DNA of 64,000 bases from Hormiphora californensis (lineage: Eukaryota; Animalia; Ctenophora): assembly GCA_020137815.1 (NCBI GenBank), contig CM035361.1:4278001-4342000 (forward strand), written 5' to 3'. A model generated the notes under the pieces. It was not told where the DNA came from. It did no database searches and saw only the letters and a list, made by a program, of their open reading frames with translations. This document shows, one piece after another, positions 40,551-51,463 of the stretch (its first letter is position 1; each line of letters opens with the position of its first letter). The position numbers and the translations under genes are program-made.

Positions 40551-40760
40551 ATGGCAAAGTACACTACATGTAAAAATTGGCGCTGTGGAAAATGTAGGCT
40601 TATCAATCGTGGCACCATGAATAAGTGTGGGCGTTGTTCGGATGAAAAAAGATTTGGAGTGTCGCTAGATCAACTCTATGGAGACTGGCAGTGCAAGAAA
40701 TGCCAGATTAACAACTTTTCACGGACAACCACATGTTATGGATGCGGTGGAAAAAAATAG
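40551..40760 (+). CDS. 69-aa protein with two RanBP2-type zinc fingers
   Basis: WRCGKC..IN....KCGRC and GDWQCKKCQINNFSRTTTCYGC match the W-x-C-x2-C-x3-N-x6-C-x2-C consensus. Confidence 0.8.
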   Translation: MAKYTTCKNWRCGKCRLINRGTMNKCGRCSDEKRFGVSLDQLYGDWQCKKCQINNFSRTTTCYGCGGKK

Positions 40761-41154
40761 AAACTGTTCTAGCACCTGGATTTAATTAACAGTATACTCA
40801 ATTTAATATATGTTTAACACATTTCGACTCGTTACTCATCTGAACTATTGCCACCAGTACTAAACACCCCAAGTTTGAACACCCCAAGTTTGAACACCCC
40901 AATTTAAAACACCCCCATTTAAAACACCCCCATTTAAAACACCCCAATTTAAAACACCCCCATTAAAAACACCCCCATTTAAAACACCCCCATTTAAACC
41001 ACCCCTATTAAAACACCCCCATTTAAAACACCCCCATTTAAACCACCCCTATTAAAACACCCCCATTTCAAACACCCCCATTTAAAAACATCCATCTTGA
41101 TCTATCTAGCTAACCACTAACCACTACCTTATTCCCTTCTAGTTCCACTAGGCC

Positions 41155-42259
41155 ATGTCCAAATCACGATCAAAGTCTCACAGTCACAAGCACCCATCTC
41201 GTCCTTCAATTTCAAAACCATCTCGCCCTTCAAAACCAACTGCTAGTGCAAGTGGGGGTCCATCCAACAAGACAATCGCAAAGCAAAGGAGCCTGAAGAA
41301 AGAGGCCAAAACGTTTGTAGAAGCCTGCAAAGCAGCAATTGGACGAGAAATTAGTGTACTGGATATTAAGGGGATCCTCGTCAACAACGGTTTCAAGGTT
41401 GAACAGGATAAGCTGAAGGGACGAATATTGTACGGCCAGTTACACAAGTTTTTCATTTCCTACGTTCGGCCACCGACAAAGGAGGTTCTTGCGATTATGA
41501 GGAAGGCAATGAATGTGGATGGAGGTCTCGTAATGTCCGATATGCTGCAAGACACGCCAGATGATGAAGATGAAACAGTCGCTGATACCAACGAACCAGT
41601 CACTAATGCCGCCGAGATGTCTGAGCATAGTAAATTGATCAGTCCACGATCGCTTGAGGCGTTCGGTATGAAAAAGCAGGATGTACCGGCGCCCGGTACA
41701 CTTTTGGGATCTGTTCTGTTGTCGCACCTGGCAGCTTTGGCTGAACAACAGATGGTTACCACCGAGAGGGATGTCGAGGTCATCCTCCGCCAGTCTGTGC
41801 GCTTCATACGGTCCAGTTACAAAGTTTGAAACTGATACCAGTTTCAAAAACCTGATGTAAGTTTCAATTTAGCAACTGGCTAAACTAAATTGAAACTGAT
41901 ATCAGTATCTGAAACTGATATCAGTTTCAAACTTTGTAACTGGTCCCTTAGAGGAATCTTCACTCCTGAAAAAAGTTTTGCAAGTTACCGAATTGCCGGA
42001 CATCGTTTCCATATCTAGCCAGGTAGTCCGGTACATGAAGGCGTACGGGAAAGAATTTGTGGTTGAGAAGGATAAGGCCCGGGCCAAGGAGGTAGTTGAC
42101 CTTGACTCAGACTCTGATGAAAAAGGGGTAGAGAAAACTAAAAGTGGTGAATCTGTGATTAATAATCAGTCAAATTCCGAACAAGGAGACGTACAAGAAG
42201 ATTTACCGGAGTTCCCATATGTGAATGTGATCGCTGATATAGCGAATAGTGATATATAA
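41155..42259 (+). CDS. Unknown transposon accessory protein (ORF2), interrupted by a ~130-bp palindrome
   Basis: 224-aa ORF with a basic N-terminus stops inside the palindrome at 41815-41941 (flanked by GGTCC). Coding-like sequence resumes at 41948-42259, and joining needs splicing or a 1-nt shift. Confidence 0.55.
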
Positions 42260-42668
42260 GCTCTGATATACCGATTCGGTTGTCTTTGGTAGAACAAGGG
42301 TTCCCATGTGTTGGCTGAACAAGTGTTAGTTTTTATATTTGTCCATTGTTATAGTTGTCCATGTTTGTTGTCTGTCTTTTTAATCTGTTTATGTTAGTCT
42401 GTAGTAGTTCTGCTCTGTTCTGTTCTTTTATTATTTATATAATAGTATATATGACGACGAAAACTTTTCTGATTTTCCAGATGCTGTGTGTTCATTTGCC
42501 TATTCTGCCTATCTCCTGGTCGTAATGACATGAAGCACCCACCCGATCCCCACCCGGTCATACATTGACATCCCATCTTCCCATCTTCCCACATCCCATA
42601 TTCCCACATCCCATATTCCCATAATCCAAGACAAAATCTAATCAACATCTTTATTTAGCAGCTACGAC

Positions 42669-45470
42669 ATGAAAAAGCTCGATGAGCTTCTTGAGTTTGT
42701 TGAAACGCATAGCCTCATAAAAGCATCTATCAAATACACAGATGAAACACTCTCTTGTGTGCCGTGTGGATATTCAAAACATATGGATGGTTTTTCTCAT
42801 CAGGGAATTTTAAAACACATGGGTGGGGAGAGCCACAAAAAAAATTGTGGTTGGTTCGTAACGGTCGATGAAACAACGGGCCAGTTCAAATTTAACAAAC
42901 ACTTTATTCGAGTTACGCATCAAGCAAAACTAGGATTCATCCAAAAGAGCAACAACCCCATGCCACCCATACCAGTGCAAAAGGCAACCGTTCTAGCTCC
43001 CCCTCAACTTTCGAGTACCATTTTGATCCATACGTCAGAGTCTCCGCTTGTATCGACTTCTTCCACGGCCGTACAGACCGGACACTCAGTTCTTGCCAGT
43101 TCAGAAACCGGAACACAGTCAGAACCGACTGAGCCTGAACTTGAAAAACTAAAAAAAGCCTTGCAATCTTTCCCGACCTTGGAACATTTTGTAGACAACG
43201 CAGTTAAAAGGGATAGTTATATGAAATCTGAAGGACAAATAAAAGGTCCCCATTCCACCAATGTAAGAACTATGGTCTTGAACGCTGCTCTAACGTATTC
43301 AGTCTCCAGCGCCGTTCACTGGTCGAGCAATTTAGGGGGACCCCAGAGACGAACGATCGAACGAGGAGTTGCAGAGCGGCTACAAATATATCCACATCTT
43401 TCAGAGACTTCACTGAGAGAACATATGAAGCGAATAAAAGAAATAGTAGCAAAACATCTCAAAATCAGTGAGGATGAGGTGGTTCGAATTCCTTTTATTG
43501 CGGCAACTGATGCTACAGCAGTATCAACTCGGATATCAACTAAAATTGATAAATCAGATACTAGCGGTCCTAGGTTGATCTATGGCGTTGCAACAGATAA
43601 CCCGTTCCAGAAAGTGTCATTGCAGGTGGGCATCGGGGCTGAGAATTCTAAGCATCGAATGGAAAAGAGCCGAAAAGAAGTCATCGTCAACGGCCTTGAG
43701 AACTGCGGTAAATTGTTGGAAAAGGACAAACTGCACCGTGAAGGGCTATACACAGCTATCATGCTACAACCGTTAATCACCGAACCTTTCCCTTACTGTG
43801 TCGGTATCTATGCTTCCGGAGATTCAGATAGCGATATGTTAAAATGGGTTCACAATGAACTACGTTTAGCAAGTGATGAGGTGGGGATTCGCATTATTAG
43901 CTTTCCGGGTGATGGTGACACCACTCTCCGCACAAATCAGTGGACTTATTATTCTAACAAGTGCTCCTTTGCATGGCTTGAAAACTTGCCAATACCTGTA
44001 GAACTTTTTTTCAACCGGTTGGATTGTGGGCAGTTTGCCATGCAAGACCCTCCCCACAACTTGAAAAAGGAACGAAACCAAATGACAAGTGTGAAAACCA
44101 GGTGCTTGTCTTTCGGGAGGAACCATGGGGCGGCAAAAATCCTATGTATACGGTGGGATTTTGTGCTCTACTTGTACGTCAAACTAAGCAAGAAGGGCGA
44201 ACCGCTGGACATACCGCTGAGTTCCTTGATTGTGGCGGATAGGCAAGATCCATCGATGGTTGGTGATGTGTGTTGTTTTTACCAGGTCTTCCTCAACAAC
44301 GGGTTCACGGCAACAGGGCTATACCTGAAATCCATACAGTTTCTCTCTGAGGCATTCTTTGACAAGACCCTATGGCCAGAGGAACGGGTATGGAAATTGT
44401 CTTGGGTCAAAACTTTCCTGGTTAAATGGTCCAAGGTAGCATCCGGGCAAAACTTCATAAGCACACAGACATTCAAGGATGTGAAGTGCTGTTGTGATGG
44501 CTTGATCTTGTACATGCTTGTCCTGTCCAAGTACTTTAAAGATCAAGTTCTGGTTTCATGGTTCCTTACCTCCGATATATGTGAACAGGCTTTCGCGTTT
44601 GTGAGAGTTGGCCGTTACAGTGGCCGTCGTACAAATGTCGATGCAATGACGCTTGCCGAAGGTTTGGAGTGTTTAAACAGGGCTTCAGAGGTCTCTGTTG
44701 AAGATTTACCTGCTGTGGTGAAAGTAGTTGCACACTGTAGGGGACGCTCGATTCTAAAGAAGGCAGTTGATGTTCCATGGGTATCAAACAAGTGTTTGAC
44801 TGTCAGAGGTTCAGATATATCTGTTTCCGGTGTTAAAAAGGCGATAGAGGATGGTATGAATGCCTGTATTTCTGACCTTGAAGATCTCAGTCCGCATTCT
44901 ATTAACGCCAGAATAGAAGCAGAGAATGCTGATGATGATGATGATGCCGAGGATGTCCTGGACTTGAAAGGTGCGCATGAAGATGAATACAGCGATGATG
45001 ATTGTGCCGGAGATGATGGAGAAGATAGCACCATGGTGAAGACAAGTTTGGGAAAAATGAACATTAAAAGGGCAGAAAGAATTTTTCTAAACCAAGGTGG
45101 TTTTAAAGCCACGGCAAAGGGCCGATCAGGGCGGATCAAAGGAAAAAAACATGTTTTTTCAGACAATCTTTTGATAAACTTTTCTAAAACCAAGCCGTGT
45201 TGTTTAACGACTTCCGTAAAGCTGGGCGAGCAAGGGACCTTTAGACAGTTTAGCAAGAAGGGAAATGGTCCTCGTGTAACTGGAGAAGTCGCTTTCTTGA
45301 CAGAAGATCTGTCACCGAGGAGATTTGTGTGCTCAAAACATCATCCAGGTGCTACTATCTGGGTGTGGGCTAAGAAACAATATATTCGTTGCGTTTTTTT
45401 GGTAAAATCAGCGGGTAAAAGGAAGGTTGGAACTAGTGGAGGAAGTGTCATCAAGAAAGGGAAAATCTGA
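42669..45470 (+). CDS. Intact 933-aa P-element-superfamily DDE transposase
   Basis: Catalytic-type motifs in order: AATD, FPGDGD, QDPPHNLKKERN (P-type D-x-P-H-x-x-K-x-x-R-N), DRQ, TSDICEQAFAFVR. N-terminal CVPC...HMGGESH zinc finger, acidic patch, basic C-terminus. Confidence 0.88.
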   Translation: MKKLDELLEFVETHSLIKASIKYTDETLSCVPCGYSKHMDGFSHQGILKHMGGESHKKNCGWFVTVDETTGQFKFNKHFIRVTHQAKLGFIQKSNNPMPPIPVQKATVLAPPQLSSTILIHTSESPLVSTSSTAVQTGHSVLASSETGTQSEPTEPELEKLKKALQSFPTLEHFVDNAVKRDSYMKSEGQIKGPHSTNVRTMVLNAALTYSVSSAVHWSSNLGGPQRRTIERGVAERLQIYPHLSETSLREHMKRIKEIVAKHLKISEDEVVRIPFIAATDATAVSTRISTKIDKSDTSGPRLIYGVATDNPFQKVSLQVGIGAENSKHRMEKSRKEVIVNGLENCGKLLEKDKLHREGLYTAIMLQPLITEPFPYCVGIYASGDSDSDMLKWVHNELRLASDEVGIRIISFPGDGDTTLRTNQWTYYSNKCSFAWLENLPIPVELFFNRLDCGQFAMQDPPHNLKKERNQMTSVKTRCLSFGRNHGAAKILCIRWDFVLYLYVKLSKKGEPLDIPLSSLIVADRQDPSMVGDVCCFYQVFLNNGFTATGLYLKSIQFLSEAFFDKTLWPEERVWKLSWVKTFLVKWSKVASGQNFISTQTFKDVKCCCDGLILYMLVLSKYFKDQVLVSWFLTSDICEQAFAFVRVGRYSGRRTNVDAMTLAEGLECLNRASEVSVEDLPAVVKVVAHCRGRSILKKAVDVPWVSNKCLTVRGSDISVSGVKKAIEDGMNACISDLEDLSPHSINARIEAENADDDDDAEDVLDLKGAHEDEYSDDDCAGDDGEDSTMVKTSLGKMNIKRAERIFLNQGGFKATAKGRSGRIKGKKHVFSDNLLINFSKTKPCCLTTSVKLGEQGTFRQFSKKGNGPRVTGEVAFLTEDLSPRRFVCSKHHPGATIWVWAKKQYIRCVFLVKSAGKRKVGTSGGSVIKKGKI

Positions 45471-46528
45471 ACAATCGTGTAACTTTTTGATCTTTTAATC
45501 AATTTTTACAATTAATATACTATTTTGGAAAGTATTGCGTCCTTTGCATGAGTTTTAACAGTTCCATGTTTTCACTTTCTAACACCACATATCATTTATG
45601 TAGATCATATGGCTATAGTGATAAGGATCTTGATTTGATGTGATAAGATCAATTGTAATCGGCTTGATGTGGGCCTGCGATGAGAACCTTGTACCGGTGA
45701 ACCAAGAAGTTAGGCAACTAACTACTCACTAACTAAATTTCCTCCAGAACAAATTATTAAAAATGTATGCATGTCAACAGGATATCAATGAAAACAACCC
45801 GATAACACCGATAACACATGCTAAACAAATTTGTTATGTTTTTCATACTTTCAAATTTTTGCCCACTTTTTGCCCACTTTTTGCCCACTTTGCCCACATT
45901 ATACCTGTTTTTTGGGATTTTTTTTTGCCTATGTGGGCAAATGTGGGCAAATGTGGGCAAAAAAAAAGGTGACGTACCCCCCACCTGGATATGTAATGGG
46001 TAGGTTCCTGCACACATGGATATGGGTGGGTTCCTGGATAGGAGTGATTTGATTTGAAAAAGGTAAAATATAAAGATACATTGATACTTCATACAAAACC
46101 CGACAGACTCTCTATTAAAATAGATGCCCAAGGCATGAGTGCTTACGTCTTAAATTTAGATAAAGTGTAAAAATGTAGTATAAAAATAAAAATACGTCAT
46201 GTTAGCTATATACACACACGATTAGAAATATATATTGGTTTAATAGTAATAAGTTAAGTTAATAGGTTAATAAGTTCCGGAGTAACCCTTCCAAACCCAA
46301 ACCCTCCCTACCCCAGTCAGTGTCAACTGTCAATTTGTGTCAATTGGTATTGGCGCATCACCGGGCAACAACTTTTAAGTTTCAAACATTTCGAACACAA
46401 CTCCAAACCCATTTCTATGACCTCAAACTCCTAAAAACAATAAACATATTATACCATTTACAATTGTTGCCATATGGCAACAATTGTAAATGGTATAATA
46501 TGTGATCCGCCAATGATAAGGAAAAAAT

Positions 46529-48193
46529 TCAGACAGAAGGCTGGATACTAGATGCATTCCACAAATGCTTCTTAAGTTCTGAGGAAAATATCACATGGTC
46601 ACTAATGCTACGAATATCATGCGGTAGGGAATTCCACTCTATGTGGGTACGATAGAAAAAGGAATCTTTAAAAACATCTATTCTAGGGCGCTCATCACAC
46701 ACTACGTAAGTCGCGTCTTTGTTGACTTGTTGTCTTGTACGTGGTCGGTCATTGTCAACAGTTGGGTCAAAACGTCTCATGTAAGGGGGGAATTCTATTG
46801 GTATAAGCTTGTAAAGTATCTTATGGAACATTTTAAGATCATTATATAGGAACTTAGAAGACATGGGTAGGATCTTAAGTTCCTTGAGCCTAGTTACGTA
46901 CACTTCGTTGCTGTAACTACACTCCAATTCATTGAATACCCATTTTACGGCCCTTTTTTGCATCTTTTCAAATTTTTCAATACTAGATGCAGAAATGGGC
47001 CGCCATACTTCGCTACAGTGTTCATATAGTGACCTTACTAAACTAATGAAGAGAGTTTTGCGTTTTCTCTGCGACTGAACTAGGTCAGAACACGTTCTCC
47101 TCACTAGACCTAACCTCTGGGAAGATTTTGATAGGAGCTTGTTCTGATGGTGGGTTGACGAAAGTTTATTTGTAGTCAGAACACCCAGATCAGTCTCCGT
47201 TTGACTAGGACCTATTTGTGTGCTTCCCAGATGGTATGTTAAATGTACAGGATTTTGTTTTAGGGAACATCTAAGGAGCTTACACTTATCAGGATGAAAG
47301 TGTATTTTGTTATTCTCGCTCCAGATCAACAATCTATCTATGTCAGGTTGGAGACTATCTCCGCTACTTTTAATGATACGCCAGATTTTCATATCATCTG
47401 CATAAAGCCTTATATTTGTGTCCATTCTGACTTGATCCACTATATCGTTGATGAAAAGGACAAAGAGGAAGGGACCAAGTATAGAGCCTTGGGGGACTCC
47501 ACTCCTAACTGAGCTCCAGTTTGAGAACTTTCCATCCAGTACAACCCTTTGTCGTCGGTCGGAAAGATACTCTTTGATAAATTGGAGCATTCTACCATTA
47601 ATGTTATAGTCTACTTTAAGCTTTTTAAGAATCACATCATGAGAGACGCTGTCAAAAGCCTTTTTAAAATCAAAGAACACTATATCAGTCTGCAGACCTT
47701 TATTTAGGTTAAGGGCAAGATCACAATTGAAGTCTATAAGTTGGGTACTGCAGGACTTAAGGGGAACGAACCCATGTTGAAACGGAGTTATTTTAGGAAG
47801 ACAAACCCTGTAAAGCCTCTCTCGAACTAACTTTTCTAAAACTTTCATTGTTAGGCAGGTTAAGGATATCGGCCTGTAGTTCTCGATGTTTGCCTTATCC
47901 CCTTTTTTATGAATGGGTACCACATTGGCATTTTTCCATTCTTGGGGGAATTTACCCTCTCTATAGGATCTATTAAAAATTAGAGTTAAAGGGTATGCAA
48001 TGGATCGACAACACTTTTTTAGTAAAATACCCGGTATATTATCAGGACCTGTAGCTTTTGAGGGGTCAATCTTACGTAGTATTTCTAGAACCTCATCGAC
48101 ATGAAACATTTCATCGTTAAAGTCGTTTTCATGATTACGTGTCACATCGATGTGTTCCTGGTAACTACTAGCTTCTGATACATAATTGGCCAC
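46529..48193 (-). CDS. Non-LTR reverse transcriptase (554 aa, no APE domain)
   Basis: KATGPDNIP, NYRPISL, QHGF, DFKKAFDSV, GVPQGSILGP, YADD, DLG, WNSLP. Confidence 0.95.
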   Translation of the reverse strand: MANYVSEASSYQEHIDVTRNHENDFNDEMFHVDEVLEILRKIDPSKATGPDNIPGILLKKCCRSIAYPLTLIFNRSYREGKFPQEWKNANVVPIHKKGDKANIENYRPISLTCLTMKVLEKLVRERLYRVCLPKITPFQHGFVPLKSCSTQLIDFNCDLALNLNKGLQTDIVFFDFKKAFDSVSHDVILKKLKVDYNINGRMLQFIKEYLSDRRQRVVLDGKFSNWSSVRSGVPQGSILGPFLFVLFINDIVDQVRMDTNIRLYADDMKIWRIIKSSGDSLQPDIDRLLIWSENNKIHFHPDKCKLLRCSLKQNPVHLTYHLGSTQIGPSQTETDLGVLTTNKLSSTHHQNKLLSKSSQRLGLVRRTCSDLVQSQRKRKTLFISLVRSLYEHCSEVWRPISASSIEKFEKMQKRAVKWVFNELECSYSNEVYVTRLKELKILPMSSKFLYNDLKMFHKILYKLIPIEFPPYMRRFDPTVDNDRPRTRQQVNKDATYVVCDERPRIDVFKDSFFYRTHIEWNSLPHDIRSISDHVIFSSELKKHLWNASSIQPSV

Positions 48194-48465
48194 TGCATTC
48201 CGTGAGCATCCAGATTAGCAGGGGCTTTTTTAGATATACAAGAAGGTGCATACACGAGCATTAGACCTGTAAGGAGGTAGGTTATAGCTACATGTATAGA
48301 GAATATTAATATTTCAAATGGGGTGATAAAGCTAGAAGACGGGGGCTTGTCAGTGTATATATTAATGTCATTGTCTGTGTCATTGTCCTGTCTATTTTTA
48401 CCTTCCCTGTTACCCCCCGCAAACAACCCGATAGCGATTCTGTATTGTTCTACACTGATACCCAT
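48142..48465 (-). pseudogene. CR1 ORF2 N-terminal stub, out of frame with the RT
   Basis: MGISVEQYRIAIGLF plus a hydrophobic stretch resembles invertebrate CR1 ORF2 leaders; no APE motifs follow. Confidence 0.55.
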
Positions 48466-48647
48466 TCAATCAAAACTTGTACTTGTGGGTAGTCAGGTAG
48501 GGGTACATAGGGGGTATAGATGTATGAATTCGACACAAAGTAAAGTAAATTAAAACTCCCAAAAACCCCCAGTGTAATAAGTAATTAACTTTGTCACCAA
48601 ACTCTCAATTCAATCTCACTCAAACTCGAAGGACAGCTCATAATATA

Positions 48648-49217
48648 TCATATCACACTATAAACTAGCTTCTTAGCCACCATATATCCATATCTATTAA
48701 GATGTATCCCATCTTTGCAAAAGAGTCTAATATTAACATATAACATATTAGATTGCTTGGCCCTAGTTAGAAATTCATTAGTCCAAAATAGAGTATAACA
48801 TCCCATCTCAAAACAAATTTTATTAATCATATTATTAAAATTCCACACATTTCCCACAGTAAACCTATGCTCCGGCCTCATTGGGATGAGATGGGCAACA
48901 AAAATAATGGCGTTTGTAAACATATCTCTCGCCTCCTTAATCAGAGCCCTCATGGGATTCTCAAGATGTTTAATGCAGGGAGGGTTTCCTCTCTTCCCTC
49001 TGAGGTAGCGCAGGTCGTTTGTTCCAAAGGCTATTATGACCTTACCAACCTTGATGTCAGGCTCACTCCTCCTAAACTCTTGTAGTATCTCAGACGCCGT
49101 CCTGCCTCTCCATTCCTGGTGGGGTGAAACGAGCCTAGCCCCAGAGGTGGAGAGATTAACAAATCCAGGTCCATTGGGTATCCACTTTGTCAGGGAAGTA
49201 CCGAGAAGTACAGACAC
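48648..49217 (-). CDS. SGNH/GDSL esterase domain (LINE ORF1)
   Basis: Blocks LLGTS, SGA, GTND and DGIHLN..G. Confidence 0.85.
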   Translation of the reverse strand: MSVLLGTSLTKWIPNGPGFVNLSTSGARLVSPHQEWRGRTASEILQEFRRSEPDIKVGKVIIAFGTNDLRYLRGKRGNPPCIKHLENPMRALIKEARDMFTNAIIFVAHLIPMRPEHRFTVGNVWNFNNMINKICFEMGCYTLFWTNEFLTRAKQSNMLYVNIRLFCKDGIHLNRYGYMVAKKLVYSVI

Positions 49218-49231
49218 CTCCTGATCTTGCA

Positions 49232-49784
49232 GTCCACTGCACTCCTATCCAGGAACCCACTCATATCCAGGTCCACTGCACTCCTATCCAGGAACCCACC
49301 CATATCCAGGTCCACTGCACTCCTATCCAGGAACCCACTCATATCCAGGTCCACTGCACTCCTATCCAGGAACCCACCCATATCCAGGTCCACTGCACTC
49401 CTATCCAGGAACCCACCCATATCCAGGTCCACTGCACTCCTATCCAGGAACCCACCCATATCCAGGTCCACTGCACTCCTACCCAGGAACCCACCCATAT
49501 CCAGGTCCACTGCACTCCTACCCAGGAACCCACCCATATCCAGGTCCACTGCACTCCTATCCAGGAACCCACCCATATCCAGGTCCACTGCACTCCTATC
49601 CAGGAACCCACTCATATCCAGGTCCACTGCACTCCTATCCAGGAACCCACCCATATCCAGGTCCACTGCACTCCTATCCAGGAACCCACCCATATCCAGG
49701 TCCACTGCACTCCTGTCCAGGAACCCACCCATATCCAGGTCCACTGCACTCCTATCCAGGAACCCACCCATATCCAGGTCCACT
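49232..49784. repeat. 39-bp minisatellite (~14 copies) in the LINE 5' region
   Basis: Unit GTCCACTGCACTCCTATCCAGGAACCCACCCATATCCAG. Confidence 0.97.
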
Positions 49785-50699
49785 ACGAGCTTGCACATAG
49801 GTGTCCGCTCCGTCCCCTAAAAAAGGGTCGTGTATTTCAAGCCAAATTGCACGTGATCCACTGGACCGATTTGCATCCGGTTTGTTGCAAAAGACTACAA
49901 ATTGGTCCTAGTTTACTAGAAAATACCCGAGAAGTTTCTCTGTCAACAGGAAGTGGGTCAAAATTGAGAGTATCAGAAGATATTTTGAACTCTTGTGAGT
50001 ACTGGAAAATACCCGGCATTAATAGCTGATGCTAATTGCATTAACAAATCTCCCAATATCTTCTAAATCTCATGGGCGTAGTGCAGAAACTTTCTTGTCC
50101 AAAATCGACCCACCCATCACTGAGATCCTTGTAACTCGGTTCTACCTGCTCCACTGGTTCTACCACTGGTAGTACTGCAGCTTGTACATTGTGGGTGTAT
50201 ATATTTAGCTCAACTCTCAGGGCCATGGACTTCTTTTATAGGAACCATGGCGTGATGGCGGTACATCATGTTTACTATCGCTAGCTGTACTAATACTACT
50301 AGAATTGTACTAGAAGTAGAAGTACTAGTACTAGTAGTAGCTGTTCATGTCAATACCATTGTCCCCATTGAGCCATGAAAATAGGCCACTTCCTGCCATG
50401 ATGTATGTAAAAAGGAGAGCAAAATAAGGAGCGAAAGAGGAAAAGAGAGGGAGATAGAGATATTATAGAGAGAAAGCAGGATAGAGAGAAAGCAGGATAG
50501 AGAGAGAGAGGGAGAGAGAGATCGGAGGTGCATTATAATACAGGAGAAGGAAAAAAGAAATCGCCCCTTTACACCAATTGTCTTTGCTTAAAAGCTGTGT
50601 GTTTTGCAGAGACCAACTTACAAAAAAAGAACCCGGGTATGTTAACCACAAGTACTCGAGTAATTTGTATCAAAAGATGCGTGATATGAGGGTTAACTT

Positions 50700-51279
50700 G
50701 GTGTGCGGACTCTAGTGCTACACTCTAAGTCTACAGTGGACTCTATATCTAAATTTAGATTTAGATAAAGAGTCCAAATAAGTCTAAACTCTAGGAGGAC
50801 TCTATCTCTAAAAAGTCTAAACAGGGCGGACTCTTTATCTAAAAAGTCTACAAAGAGCGGACTCTATATCTACATAAATCTAAATTAGACATAGAGTCCG
50901 CCATTCTCAGCGAACTCGAGATTTCGGCCGTTAGGCCGGAAACGAGAGTTTGCTGTACCTCTATACTAATTGAGAAGTGTTAGGGCCATTATTTGGGTTC
51001 GAGGTTAGGGTTAGGGTTATGGTTAGGGTTAGGTTTTGGGTTGGTTTAGGATTTTAGACATAGAGTCCGGGTTGGGGGATTTGGCGCCAAAATGTATCAG
51101 GGGACTCTATGTCTAAAAAGTCTACACAGGGCGGACTCTATATCTAAAAAGTCTACACTGGGCGGACTCTTTATCTAAACTTTTTTCAAAGTATAACTGT
51201 AGATAAAGAGTCCGCTTTTAGATATAGAGTCTGCCTTGAATTTAGATAAAGAGTCCGTTAGCACTAGAGTCCGCCCACC
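50700..51279. mobile_element. MITE family C, copy 2
   Basis: Exact 9-bp TSD GGTTAACTT. Confidence 0.92.
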
Positions 51280-51463
51280 GGTTAACTTACCCGAACTTAC
51301 CCGTGCAGCACGAGTGCTGTCGCGCGCGGGCCAAACACAAAAGTACCCGAACTTTTTTGTAAGAATTGCTCTGTAATGATTGATTGGAAGAGTGTTAGAA
51401 ACAGCTTACCACGATGATTGCCTAGTACTACTATTATAGTAGGGGCGTACCCTGAGTTCATAT

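Larger units (their letters stand above)
40293..45982 (+). mobile_element. P-superfamily (Galileo/THAP9-like) DNA transposon with three co-oriented ORFs
   Basis: Exact 8-bp TSD ACCTGGAT (40285-40292, 45983-45990). Imperfect ~200-bp TIRs begin GGGGGG(GG/TA)CGTCACCTTTT and contain repeated TTTGCCCAC motifs. Confidence 0.88.
46047..50230 (-). mobile_element. CR1-clade LINE with esterase ORF1 and endonuclease-deleted ORF2
   Basis: 3' tail TTTTTCAAATCAAATC at ~46047-46065, then RT, ORF2 N-terminal stub and SGNH ORF1; 5' boundary approximate. Confidence 0.8.

Noticed and set aside
44615-45256. 213-aa antisense ORF in the transposase
   Set aside because: Shadow of the acidic, repetitive sense coding region, with no recognisable motifs.
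49187-50029. Plus-strand 280-aa repeat protein
   Set aside because: Reading of a 39-bp minisatellite antisense to the LINE; several frames are open simply because the unit lacks stops.
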